Assembly: GCA_001179505.1 (NCBI GenBank)
Contig: CDMY01000989.1
Coordinates: 1-64,000, forward strand
Length of the DNA stretch: 64,000 bases
Source: Vitrella brassicaformis CCMP3155
Lineage: Eukaryota; Protista; Chromerida
Reading direction: 5' to 3'
The first letter of the stretch is position 1. Each line of letters opens with the position of its first letter. The notes under the pieces are model-generated. The model was not told the origin of the DNA. It was given only the letters and a program-made list of their open reading frames with translations, and ran no database searches. Below are positions 1 through 11,238 of this stretch, piece after piece. The position numbers and the translations under genes are program-made.

Positions 1-144
1 ACAGAAGAACGTCAGATGGGGGGGCGGAGTGCCAGCCGAAGGGGCAAAAGCCACAGCTCCTCCGGGAGGCATGGGCTGCCCTGATTTTCTATGCCTCCTG
101 TTCGTTTCGCGTAAGCCCTAAACCGGCGGACTTGCGCCGGTGCG

Positions 145-1351
145 ATGACGACTCGTCATCGATATCCGCGCCTGACAGATGCAGAAGGGCCCAAGCAGAT
201 CCCGAAAGCTGTATTCATCGTAAGTAGATAGAGTAGCTGCACAACACACCAGCACACCCATTCCCATACGTGTGTTTGTGTGTGTATGTGGTGGCTGCAG
301 GAGGACGTTGAGGATTACATCGGGCCTGCCAACCCACTAGAGGTGCACCGGAACCTTAATGAACTGCTGCAGTAAGTCAGAAGGCACACAACACGTGCAG
401 GAAGATGACCGCCAGACAGACACACGCCGCCCTCGCATGTGTGTGCGCGTGGCAATGTTTGTGTGTCGCGGCTGTGCGCAGGAAGTATCGATTCATGGAG
501 GAGGAGTTCGGCAAGAAGCAGCGGGCGCTGCAGGAGAAGCTGCCCGAGATCAAGGAGGCCATCACAGTCATCAAATTCCTCAAAGACAGAAGAGTCAGTC
601 AGTATGTCTGAGGTCGACACAGGAATGAACGTCGTGCATGGTCGGTGCTTTTGGTTGTGTGTGTATGTGTGCGTGTGCGTGTGTTGTGCAGGGTCATGAT
701 GAGCCGCTGGAGACCCACTATCAGCTGGCCGACTGCATCTACGCGGAGGCCAGTGTGCCGCCCACTGAAACGGTCTGCCTCTGGCTCGGGGTAAGCAGCG
801 GAGGGAGGGAGTCAGTCAGTCAACACCACGCCACACCGCCACCCCGCCCGCCCCTGCTGTCTTTATTCCTTCCTTTCTCTCTCTCTGTCGATGTGGATGC
901 GGTGCGCCGGTTGACTCGACCCATTCTGGATTGATCAACAAAGGCGAATGTGATGTTGGAGTACCCCTTGGACGATGCTTTGGCTCTGCTCGAACAGAAT
1001 CTCAACACCGCCGCGGCCAGCCTCAAAGACCTGGTGCGTGTGCATCCAAGTCACTCATCTGTTGACCGACCGACTGATCCACCCACGCGCACACTGTGTG
1101 TGTCAGGGTGATGATTTGGATTTTCTGCGTGACCAGCGGACGACGACTGAGGTGAATGTGGCCCGTGTGCACAACCATATGGTGCACATCAAGGCCAAAG
1201 TCCTCGCCCAGGCGCAGACACAGGCGCAGAGCACCAGAGCAGAAGCCACAGGTACGTGTGCGCGACACCCGGGCTGTGGTGTGTGTATGTGTGTGTGTGT
1301 ATGTGTGTGTGTGTGTGTGTGTGTCTGTGTGCAGACGGAGCCAACAACTAG
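145..1351 (+). CDS. PFDN3: Prefoldin subunit 3 (VBP1), multi-exon; start uncertain (ATG 145 or an upstream exon from ATG 71)
   Basis: Spliced exons read IPKAVFI/EDVEDYIGPANPLEVHRNLNELL/KYRFMEE...LQEKLPEIKEAI/LETHYQLADCIYAEASVPPTETVCLWLG/ANVMLEYPLDDALALLEQN/DLDFLRDQRTTTEVNVARVHN, which matches the prefoldin alpha-3 family. Junctions are GT-AG. Confidence 0.92.
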
Positions 1352-1484
1352 AGGAGCCGATTAGTGGAGTCTGAAAGAGTTTCATGCTCTGTGAGTGTGT
1401 GGTCGTGATACCGTCGGTGATCACGCATGGTGCTGTGCTGTGCTGCGGTCTGTCTGTCTGTATATAGCTCTATACAGCTCTCCA

Positions 1485-1503
1485 GCTAGCTAGCTAGCTA
1501 GCT
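1485..1503. repeat. (AGCT)n microsatellite in the convergent intergenic region
   Basis: agctagctagctagctagct seen directly. Confidence 0.8.
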
Positions 1504-1758
1504 GGTCAGGTGTGCGTATGTGTCAGACAAAATATGCAATTGAGGATGGGTGACACACATACACACGTGCCTCCGTGCCTTTCATCAAACATACATGTAT
1601 CTCACGCCCCAAGTAAGGCCCAACAAGCCTTTCTTGCGTCATTCATAGAGATTATCTATACACGCAGAGGTCCGGTCCGCCATTCCATCCGTCAGTCAAT
1701 ACATGTACGCATCCATCCCGGAACGAAACACAAACCAAGGTCCGTCCGGTCGGTCAGG

Positions 1759-3943
1759 TCATCTGCGCACACTAAGAGTCGACCCTGCCCACTGATACCG
1801 CCCACTCGACGCATGAGCAGCAGTAGCATGATGGTGAGCAGGCGGCCGGGGCCAGAGAGCACCGCCCCTCTGGCCGCTCTCCACAGATCCCTCAGCAGCT
1901 GCAGATGCGGGGTATGAGGGGTACACGGCCCTCAGCCCCGTGTGTCGCTGGTAAGAGGGGCTGTCGGACAGCTTGGCTGATGAAGGGGGAGGGGATTGCG
2001 GCACGGGGCCCGTGCCGCTACCTCGAATCAGCTCTGCCATCGAATTGCCCTCGTAAGCCTGATTGATACAAAGCGCAGCAGCACAAACGCGCACACACAA
2101 ATATTGAGAGACACTGTGTCTGATTGCAATGATGTGGTTATGTCTGCTTACTCACCCGGATAGGCGCCTGGCTCCTGGGGAAACGCACCTGCCCTGCGGA
2201 TGGCAGGGGGTAGGACGATGCCGCCGTCCCGAGCCTTCTGCTGCCGGTCCTGCCCTCCTCACCATCACGATTATTGAGCCGAGTGCCCCGCACATGATCA
2301 CCCTCACACCCACCTGCACCACTACACGAAGACGGACACGTGTCCAGCCGGCTCCGCCACAGGTGGCCGCCCCCAGGCTCCCCCGCCCCCCCGCCTGGCC
2401 ACCATGACGAGCCCGGATGCGGCTTGCGATCAGGATGGGTCGGCAGGTGTCGTGAAGACGGCGAATGAGACATGGCCTTGCGCGAATGGCCGTCACATGA
2501 CACGGCTGGCGGCTGAGGCGGGAGGGGTGGGGGCGTAGTGGTGAGGGGGATGTGGCGGGCGGGAGAGGGAGAAAAGCTCGTCTGCGTGTCCCTATTGCAG
2601 CGGCTGTGGTGGTGGAGGTTAGAGGGGTTCCCTGCTGACGCTGCCCCACTCCCGTCAAAAGAGAAGGGGTTAGATGGGCGGGGTGCCGATGGCTGCTGGG
2701 GCTGCTCGGCAGCACCCTGATAGTGCCGCTGGTCACCAGAGGCTGTCAACCGACGGGCCTGTCGAGATGCGGGCGGTGTGCTGTTCCCTAGTGGAGCGTC
2801 ATGGAAGTAGCGATGGTACACCACAAAGTTGTTTCCCTGACGGACACACAGCACAGCACAGCGAGCAGCAAGGAACAGACTGACAATGCGAAAAGGGGAT
2901 GTGTCGTGTCGGCCCTTCCTTCCTTTGTGTGCCCCGGCCCGCACCTGTTGCGTGTATTGCCTGAGGCCATAGTGGCGCGCGAGAAAGTTGATCAGCTTCG
3001 GGGAGGGCCGGTCGTACCTAAACACACAGCCGCACAATTAAGTATGCACAGGGCTGCGTGGGTCCGTGCAGTGCACCGCCCCCATATGCATGTGTTTGCC
3101 CACGCACTTACGCTAATTTGGCAGGGGCGTGGCTCTCCTCCCTCAACATATGGTCGAACAGCGCCTGCACGCAAACATTAACCATCCATCCATCCATAAA
3201 TCCATCCATCCATCCCAGAGCCCTTTCCCCCACTGCACTGGCCGCCCACCTTGCCATGGCCACTTCTCTGGCAACTCTCATGCACATAGAAATCTGACCT
3301 CTCACACCACACGAACCGAACCAACAACAGGCATAGGCATGGATGCAATCAATGCACTTACGTGACCTCTCCCGAACACCCACCCATCAGCTCCACTCCA
3401 CTCACCCAGCACGCAGAGCGGCTCCATCTCCCGCATGTTGCCCAGAGGGTCACGAATGAAGAGCTTCTTCCTTCCTACCTGCATGCCATTGGCTGAGTGA
3501 GTGCATCCATCTCTCCGTGTGGTGTGTGGTGAGGTCAGCTCCCGGCTAGCCTTACTTTGATGAACCCGAGTGCCCTGTTGGCCTCGACTTTGCAGTACAT
3601 TCGCGTGTCGGTGCTGAGCATCTTGACGTACGACGTTATCGGCACCTTGAGCCCCTGAGCCCTCGCGGACGCCTCACCCAACCTGTCGACGACGCTACGC
3701 ACATGGTCCTCTGACACCAAGAGCACACACCACAAGCCACTAGATGGTGGAGATGCAACGACCGGTGTGCTTTGCCTTCTCACGTCGGTCATCGGTGTGC
3801 TGCTGCGGGGCGTATGAGCTTCCGAAGCCGTAGAGAGCGGCTGCACGCTGGTGTTGGAGCTTCAGCAGGCCCTCCCTATCAATGCACACAATGCCCTGCA
3901 TCCGGACGCCCACAGCCAGGCGCACATCAAAAGGAAACTCCAT
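1759..3943 (-). CDS. ATAT1: Alpha-tubulin N-acetyltransferase (MEC-17/ATAT1) with a long low-complexity C-terminus
   Basis: Exons MEFPFDV..., VVDRLGEASARAQGLKVPITS, ALGFIKV/GRKKLFI, PLCVLD/FYVHESCQRSGHGKALFDHML, YDRPSPKLINFLARHYGL, QGNNFVVYHRYF are diagnostic of the ATAT1 GNAT domain. Confidence 0.93.
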
Positions 3944-4402
3944 CTTCTACCCGCCTCATCGCAATACCTTTTCCGGGCGATCGCCGTTCTCTTGTGTGGG
4001 GATGTTTTCCATTGTCTGGGCCATTCAGCCCGTTCTATGGCTCCAGTAAGCGTCACCCTACCATGACGAGACGGAAAACGGGAAAGTTTGCCACACAGAA
4101 GCCACACCAACATCATGTTCATTAGGTGAGCAGCATGACCAACCATATGTTGCCAAATGGACTGAAAAACGTCGGGCCACAGTCGGTGTACGTGTGTATG
4201 CATTGGGATAGACTTCCTCCTCCCCCTTTTGCATACGAACTCACGATAATGGCACAGCACGGCACTAAGGGCATTAGGAGCGAGCATGGAAGAACGACAT
4301 CAAGCTACACACATCGGGGCCGGGCTGTACAGCGGGTGCCTATGCTAATATCGACACGCACCGCTCATACTCACTCACTCATCACTCACTCAGTCACTGA
4401 CG

Positions 4403-6451
4403 TCATGTCAGCCTTAATCGATATTCAAACAGCGCCCACACGACGCACAAAGCCGCAACAGAGAGCCACGCTATGCCTCTCCCTGCCTCCCCGCTCGTGT
4501 GCCCTCCCTCTCCCTCCCCCGCCCTGATGGCGTGCAGGTGCTCCTCGACCTCCTCTATGAGCTGTGGCTGCTCCCCATCGCCGTTCCGCGGCACCAGCAC
4601 CATCGGCCACCCGCCCTCACTCCTGAACGTCAGGCCGTCCTGTGTGACATTGTAGCACAGAGGCACGTCGGGTGACGCGGCGGGGCCGTCTGGCTGGGGT
4701 GTGCTGGCGTCCTCGGCCCAGAGGCGGGCGAGCAGGTTGCAGGCCTGCCCGCCTGCTTGGTATTCGATCGGTAGCGTGGAGAGGGGGAGGTTTTGGGTGA
4801 AGACCCCGAACTTGCCCACATTGCTCGTCATGACGAGAGTAGTGCCGCGCGCAAAGACATACACGTGGTCGTCGACCTGATGACAGACGAGGCAAGCAAA
4901 TAGACGCACACACATGATGCACTCGAGAGCGTCTGTGTGTGCCTTCTTTCAACGCACCCATATCTCTTCCTGTGGTCCGTCGAAGACCCCAGCGTGTCTG
5001 AGGGAGTTCATGGTCTTGATGAGCCTGAAGAGGGGATGCTCTGTGCTGTAGCCAAGGCGCCAGAGGGGCTTGCGGTTGTGCTCGTCAGTCCACTCCTCCC
5101 CATCTACCTCGGGGCTCGCATCTACACACACACGCCTCCATGGTTTCTCTCCTGGTCTATGTCCGAGCGTACCGTCGCCTTGTTCAGTGCCGTAATAGAT
5201 AAAAGGGATCCCTTCGGTCGAGAGGACGAAGGTCAGCGCGCTTTTGTAGAGCTGCACATCCTTTTGAGACCGCAGGAAGCGGGGCAAATCGTGGGAATCG
5301 ACGAACACGCCTAATCCTCGCGGATCCCTGCACACACAGACAGGGAATGTGGGCATGACAGTGGGCGGGCTGCTCACTTAATGTTCCGCTTGACGTCATT
5401 GAGCGTCCCGCTGATTTTCCACATAGACCCCCGATCCACAAACACGTCGCGCAGCGCGAAATACAGAGGGTAGTTGAAGAGACCGTCGAGAGCCGTGCCG
5501 CCCGTTTTGCGGTCGTACTGGTAGGGCGCCACATCGGCGGCCTTTTGGCTGAGGACCTCGCCGATGGCGTATGTGTCCTCACCAATGGCCGCACTCAGCT
5601 CCTGCCAGAAGGCTATCGGCATGTGCTTGACGGCGTCAAGGCGAAGACCGTCGAAGCCCCACTTACTGGAGAGACCTGCTGTCCACTGATGGGCACACAC
5701 ACGACCGATGCACACGAGGAAGACAGATGGCTGTGTTGTGTGAGTTACGTTGATGAGGAATTCTCTGACGAATGGTATGGACTCGTTGAGGTCGGGCAGC
5801 TTCCACAGCCAACAAACCTCGTTGGAGGTCTCATTCTCAAAGTCCATCGGGCAGTAGGGGTGGTAGTACTTGGGCGAGTTGAACGGCACCACCTGCGTCC
5901 AGTTCATGGGCTCGGGAACATCAGTATTCGGACCCGCATTGTTGACCACTGATCAAGGAAGCCGCCCAATGGCACACACGACACACAGCCAGCATCATGT
6001 GTGCGTGTGTGTGTGTGTGTCCTCCCTCACCAACATCGACCATCACCCAAATGTCTGACTGGTGCGCCTTCGCCACCAGCTTCCTCAGGTCCTTCGCAGT
6101 GCCCAGCCGGTCGTTAAGGGACGTCCAGTCGAGAGGATGGTAGCCGTGATAGCCGCACGGCAGGTTCTTCATGATGGGCGAGATGTAGATGGCGTTGAAC
6201 TCCATCCCCTTTATGTACGGCAGGTTGTTGGCCAGCGCCTCCCACGTGCCGCCACAGACGTTGCCGCCCGTGCAGTTGCCGATGCCGCACGTGTCCTCGA
6301 AGGAGGCGAACCGGTCCACTATCAGCTGATAGACCACTCGACGTGAGCTGATCCATTCTGCCGGAGATTTGGCCTCGCACGCCAGGGCCAAGAGCCACGC
6401 CACCAGCACCTGCAGCGACGGCCCTGTCCTCGTGCTGACAGAAAGCAGCAT
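4403..6451 (-). CDS. Secreted GH13 alpha-amylase (Taka-amylase-like) with signal peptide and C-terminal hydrophobic anchor
   Basis: Conserved GH13 regions: AEWISSRRVVYQLIVDRF, YHGYHP, VMVDV/VVNN (I), FDGLRLDAVKH (II, catalytic Asp), AIGEVL (III, Glu), VFVDSHDLPRF (IV), GIPFIYYGTEQG. N-terminus has LVAWLLALACEA; C-terminus has IAWLSVAALCVVWALF. Confidence 0.9.
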
Positions 6452-6962
6452 CGATGTAACTTTTTTGCCCTTCGCCCGTTGAGTCGACGCGTCCGGCCAG
6501 GCCTCTGATATCGTACTATTATTTCGTCCATGGGGCCGTGGCGAGACTGGCCAGTCGTGTACGCTGGCATGTGAATGTATCCGTCTTTGTGCGATGCGTC
6601 TGCGGTGAGGCAATCAGTTCAATCGCTGCAGCCATGCAGCTGGCAATGCAGAGCGAGCGAACTAGTGCACAGGCACACTCAGCTTTCGATTCTCTTGCCG
6701 CCACGTCCGGTTCTCTCTGACATGAATCTGTACAAGTCCAGCGCACAGGCAATCACGCACTAGCCATGCAGCGCCCCCACGCCAGCCACGCCAATGATGG
6801 GACCATCCCCTCCATTGTGGCAGCTCCCTCTGCAGCTCATTCGTTCTACACATCAGCTATCGGTGGGCCGACCTGGCGGACAACGATGCACCCAACACAC
6901 ACCACCGGCAGTGGAGATACGCGCGCATGCAAGGTGGCCAAACCGTACCTTGTCGTTGTCTT

Positions 6963-9156
6963 TTAGGTGTCAAGCGGCTTGAGAGTGAGTCGATCCCACT
7001 GTTCCCCCCGGCCCCACTCGACGTCGAAGCGCCCGTCCAGCCCTTCGATGGTGTCGCCGTGCGTCCGCTCCTCCACCAGCCGCTTGAAGGAATGCTCTCC
7101 AGCTGGCCACAGCGCGAACTGAAGCCGCTTGAGGCCACGGATCTTGAGCAGCGACTTGATGCACGCAATGCTGAACTCGCCAGCAGCGCCGCCATCGCCG
7201 TCGCCCAAATCCTGAGGTACTGCACTCATACAGACAGACAGACAGCATATAAGCAGCCTCGGAAGCTGATGCAGCCGATTGCTTCCAGCTCACCTTTGAC
7301 GGCAATAACCAGCCGTTTGATGGTCGGCAGCTGGTCCGCTATGTCACCCCACGAGAGCCCCCCTTCCCCCACACCCGTCACCCGGCCGGCATCGAAATAG
7401 TCCAGGTCCCTCTCCCCGCCCACCGCCTGCACCACCCCCACCGCATCTGCATGAGTCGGGCAGGTCCCCCACAGATCGATGCTCTTCACGACGGGCATCT
7501 TGGCCAGCAGCCTGCGGCTAATCGCACACCCCTTGCTGCTGTGGCTCCGGAGGCGCGATGCGGCGGGGAATGCGTTGTGTGGCATGCTCTCCAACACAAC
7601 GGGGTCGAGCTCAGCGTCAGCGGCAGGCTCCAAGTCGTGCGGCGCCGTGACAGTCACTCCCTTGGCGTTGGGGAACGTCAGGCACTGTGCGAGGACGCTC
7701 GCAGCCGTGCTAGGCGCGTGGAGAGGGGCGGTGAGATGGCGGGGACGGATGGTGAAGTAGGCAACTTGTGATGCGGCTGCCAGCTGCTGGATCTGCTTCT
7801 GCACGAAGAATGAGGGGGCGGGAAGGGTGGGGACGTCGCCCAGAAGGCCAAGGTCGAAACTGTCGATGCCGGCCTTGATGCCGACGGGGATGTCGGGCCT
7901 CACGCACACGGCACGGGTGAAGGTCTCGATGGCCAAGAGGGTCTCAAAGATGCGGCTGTCGATAAGATGAAACTGCACCTTGACGCTGAGCTTCTTGATG
8001 GAGCGACAGCCACGATCAACAAGAACGGCCTGCACAGAGATACACGCACATACCATGCAAGCTCTCGCCCACTCCTCTGTCTTGTGCATCTCGAATGCTT
8101 CGTCGCATACCTGAAGGCGCGTTAAATCCTCAGCGCTACCACTCAACATTCTGAGGGTCCCAATGTCTTCCAGCTGCGCCAAGGGGCCCGGCTGGCCAGC
8201 AGCTGCCACCGGGATGAACCTCAGCGAGTCAGCCATGACGTCAGTATCGCACTCCACGTGCAGCTCCTTGAGGCTCCGCGACGTGCACACCAGCTCCCCC
8301 AACACCTTCGGCCACACCGTCCCGTCTGTCTGCACCCTCTCGAGAGACGGCAGCCGCCAATGCCGCCCGCGGCCGAGGCAGGAGAGCTCGTCTCCGCCGG
8401 TGAGGGATGTGATGGATGTGAGGGACATGAGGGTGGGAGGCGGGTCGAGGGAAGGGGGAAGGGCCGCCGACTGCTGTCTGGCGGCTTTGATGCCGCGATA
8501 CTCATTCTCGGCGACGGCTGTGTTTCATTCGCTGCTACTGAACTCGAGCGACTTCAAGGTGCTCCGCGCCTGCTGCCCGGTTGCTGCCGCCGCTGCGGCT
8601 CTCTGTCCCTCAATGTGCCCCTCCACTAGTGCTGTGGCGATCTTGCGGCCATCAGGAGTCCCACTTGGGAAGCGGAGGCCAGTGGGATACTTGACGACAA
8701 TGGATCTGAGACGTGTGAGCCGCCGGCCCCACTCGAAGGCATCACCGAAGGACAGACCGCACCAGAAGCGCCGCTCGGCCGTGTCGTAGGCGTTCATCAC
8801 CAGATGGGTGATCTGGGAGCCGACGGGGCGCCACAGCCGCTGCGGCAGCGCCGCCACCCAATGAAGCGACAGGAACGAGAAGACGTAGGCAACGACAACA
8901 GGCTGAGTGCCAACACACACCACACAGAGAGAGAGAGAGAGAGAGAGGAAACAATGAGGACGTGTGTATGCTTGCCGATGGTTCTGTTGGTGCATACAAT
9001 TTGGCTGAAGCGCTGTGCAAAGGCCTCCAGATCTATGCGGTGCGTGACTTTCGACGGCGCCACCTGCTGCTGCTGCTGCAGCTGCTGTTGGCCCTCCAAG
9101 TCGTTCCCCTCTCCCTCGGCCATCCGCCTCCGCCGCTTGGATGCCGACTCACTCAC
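6963..9156 (-). pseudogene. Member of a lineage-expanded LRR/F-box-like hypothetical family; coding frame broken by an in-frame TGA at 8525-8527
   Basis: The ORF 8525..8995 ends in TGA, and the same frame continues NTAVAENEYRGIKAARQQSAALPPSLDPPPTL into the ORF 7226..8428. GT-AG introns lie at about 8905-8998, 8031-8111 and 7215-7293. First codon at 9156 is GTG; the first in-frame ATG is at 9123. Family assignment is from recall of style only. Confidence 0.6.
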
Positions 9157-9307
9157 ATCTGTTGTCTATCTACCAAACATGCGTCGCCTGCCGACAGCGG
9201 TGCCGAGCCGGATTTCAACCAACTGCGACGGGGTGGTTGGTTGGTTGGTCAGTGTGTTTAACGACTCGTGGGGTGAGCTCCGGCCAGACGAACAGGGTGT
9301 TGGGTTC

Positions 9308-9326
9308 AACCCTAACCCTGAACCCT
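9308..9326. repeat. Short telomere-like (AACCCT)3 tract
   Basis: aaccct aaccct g aaccct, whose reverse complement contains TTAGGG and TTCAGGG units. Confidence 0.5.
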
Positions 9327-9644
9327 CGCGCGGCGAGCATCGAGTGATTTGCTTGAGTCCCTCATACATATGTCCGACATACGTTGTATCCATCGCTCCA
9401 TCCACCCGTCCATGCAGCGCAGCGTCCGCCAATCCAATCGGCCTATCCACAAGTATGCACGGACGACGCCACAGAGCTTAGCCTACATACATGTGTGTCC
9501 AACACTGCCTGCCTGCCTACCTGCCTTACTGCTTGCCTGCCTGTCTGCCTGACTGCACATGAGCGTCGTACACCGGCAGGATACACCGGCAGGAAACACA
9601 CAACCTGATGCACCTCTGCCTGACTGACTACATATCACTACTCG

Positions 9645-10759
9645 TCAAGCGGCGGCCGGCCGTCTGCTCAGCACCAGGCAGAACTCGCCCCTCGGCGGCC
9701 CCTCAGCACGCTCCAGCTTGTGGACAGCCTCCTTCAGCGGCATGACATAGTGCTCCTCGTAGATCTTGCTCAGTTCCCGACACACACACAGCTCCACACA
9801 TCCCCATCCCCTCCCCCCAGCACGCTCGGCCTCTGCATCCCTCAGCTCCCGCAGAGTGGCGAGCAGCCGGGCGGGCGACTCGTACAGCACCACACGCCTA
9901 CCCTTGTCAATCAGCTCACGCATCACCTCCTGGATAGCTTGCCGCCGCCCCCTTTTCACCGGGAGAAAACCGAAGAAGACGACACCCGATGACGATGAAT
10001 GGCCGGTCGGGGGGTGTGGGCGTGCTTGTGGGCGGCAAAGGGCAGCCGATGCCGTGAGGGCCGCGGCCAGCGCGGACGCGCCAGGGACAGGGCTGCACGG
10101 GGGGGCCGGGGGCGACGCAAACCACTCTTTGCCATAGGATATCCCCATCTGCTCAACCTCTCGGTGCCTTTCCCAGGCCACAGCCGCCAGCTCGCCACCT
10201 GGATCAGAGATGCCAGGAGTGCCGGCATCGCTCACGACAGACACACCCAGAGATGGCCGCGAGAGAGGCGGATCAACAGAAGCATAAGCATGTGATAATG
10301 GTGGTGGTGAGGACACCGAGCGCATGATCTGCGGGATCCTCGTTCGCCAGTTGTGTTCGAACAACAAGGTCAGGGGCCGCTGGGTCAGGTTGTAGGCGGA
10401 CAGGAGGGCGCGAGACCGCCGCGTGTCCTCTGCAGCCGTCAGGTGTGTCGAGTTCAACACGGCCACACCCCGGACAGTCATATCCTGCAGGAAAAAGGCA
10501 GGCAGGGGATGAGTTCACCTGGTCCAGTCAAAGCTTGGCGTGGCGTTGGTCGATTTGTGCTCGCTTCACTTGCCTGAAGGTTTCCAATGGGCGTCGCGAC
10601 ATACCACAGGCGAGGCGCGGGGAAGACGGACGGCTCTGCTGGAGGCTGCTCTGATGACCGTGACATCCTTCGGCGTCCCCGGATCTGCTTTGACAACAGC
10701 AGGAACCCATCTACAGAAGCTCCAAAGGCCATAAGCAGCGGGAAAGAAGCCCCAATCAT
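9645..10759 (-). CDS. rsmI: RsmI-like 16S rRNA (C1402) 2'-O-methyltransferase (tetrapyrrole methylase family), probably plastid-targeted
   Basis: LWYVATPIGNLQ/DMTVRG, AAEDTRRS, VVSDAGTPGISDPG, VPGASALAAAL, FFGFLP, VLYESPARL, CRELSKIYEE and PRGEFCLVL are all RsmI consensus motifs. Intron 1 is GC-AG. Confidence 0.92.
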
Positions 10760-10788
10760 GAGTTTCGGAAACCCAACCCTGCGAACCC

Positions 10789-10801
10789 TGCGAGCTTAGC
10801 T
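10789..10801 (-). promoter_or_regulatory. Candidate promoter/5'UTR motif AGCTAAGCTCGCA (exact copy 1)
   Basis: Plus strand tgcgagcttagct in the 182-bp spacer between the divergent rsmI and PKD2-like genes. Confidence 0.6.
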
Positions 10802-10941
10802 GAAGGGAGGCCAGAGTGCTTCACACAGGATGCAGAACATGGAGCAGTCGAGCGATCTCTGAGAAGCCCCCCAGCCGTCAGTCTTTCTGTCCAAGGAAAA
10901 CCATAGCCATCTGCATCCCCCGTAGGCGACGAGGAAAAGCA

Positions 10942-11197
10942 ATGGCGGAGGTGAACTTGAGCGACGATGAAGGGGAGCTGACCATCAGCCAGCTGCAGCA
11001 CAAGGTGCGGGCTTTGCAAAGCGACCGGCACAAGAGACGGGAGTTCGCCGAGCGGTTGCAAGAAAAGATGAAGGCCCTCAACTCAGAGCTGGCGGCGAGG
11101 AGGGAGCAGGTGGACACACTCAATGAGATGCTCAGCTTCGAACGGAGGCGCGGACACGACGAGGTAATTAAAGCAACCGTCGGTCCGCCCGCACACA

Positions 11198-11238
<41 letters not shown>

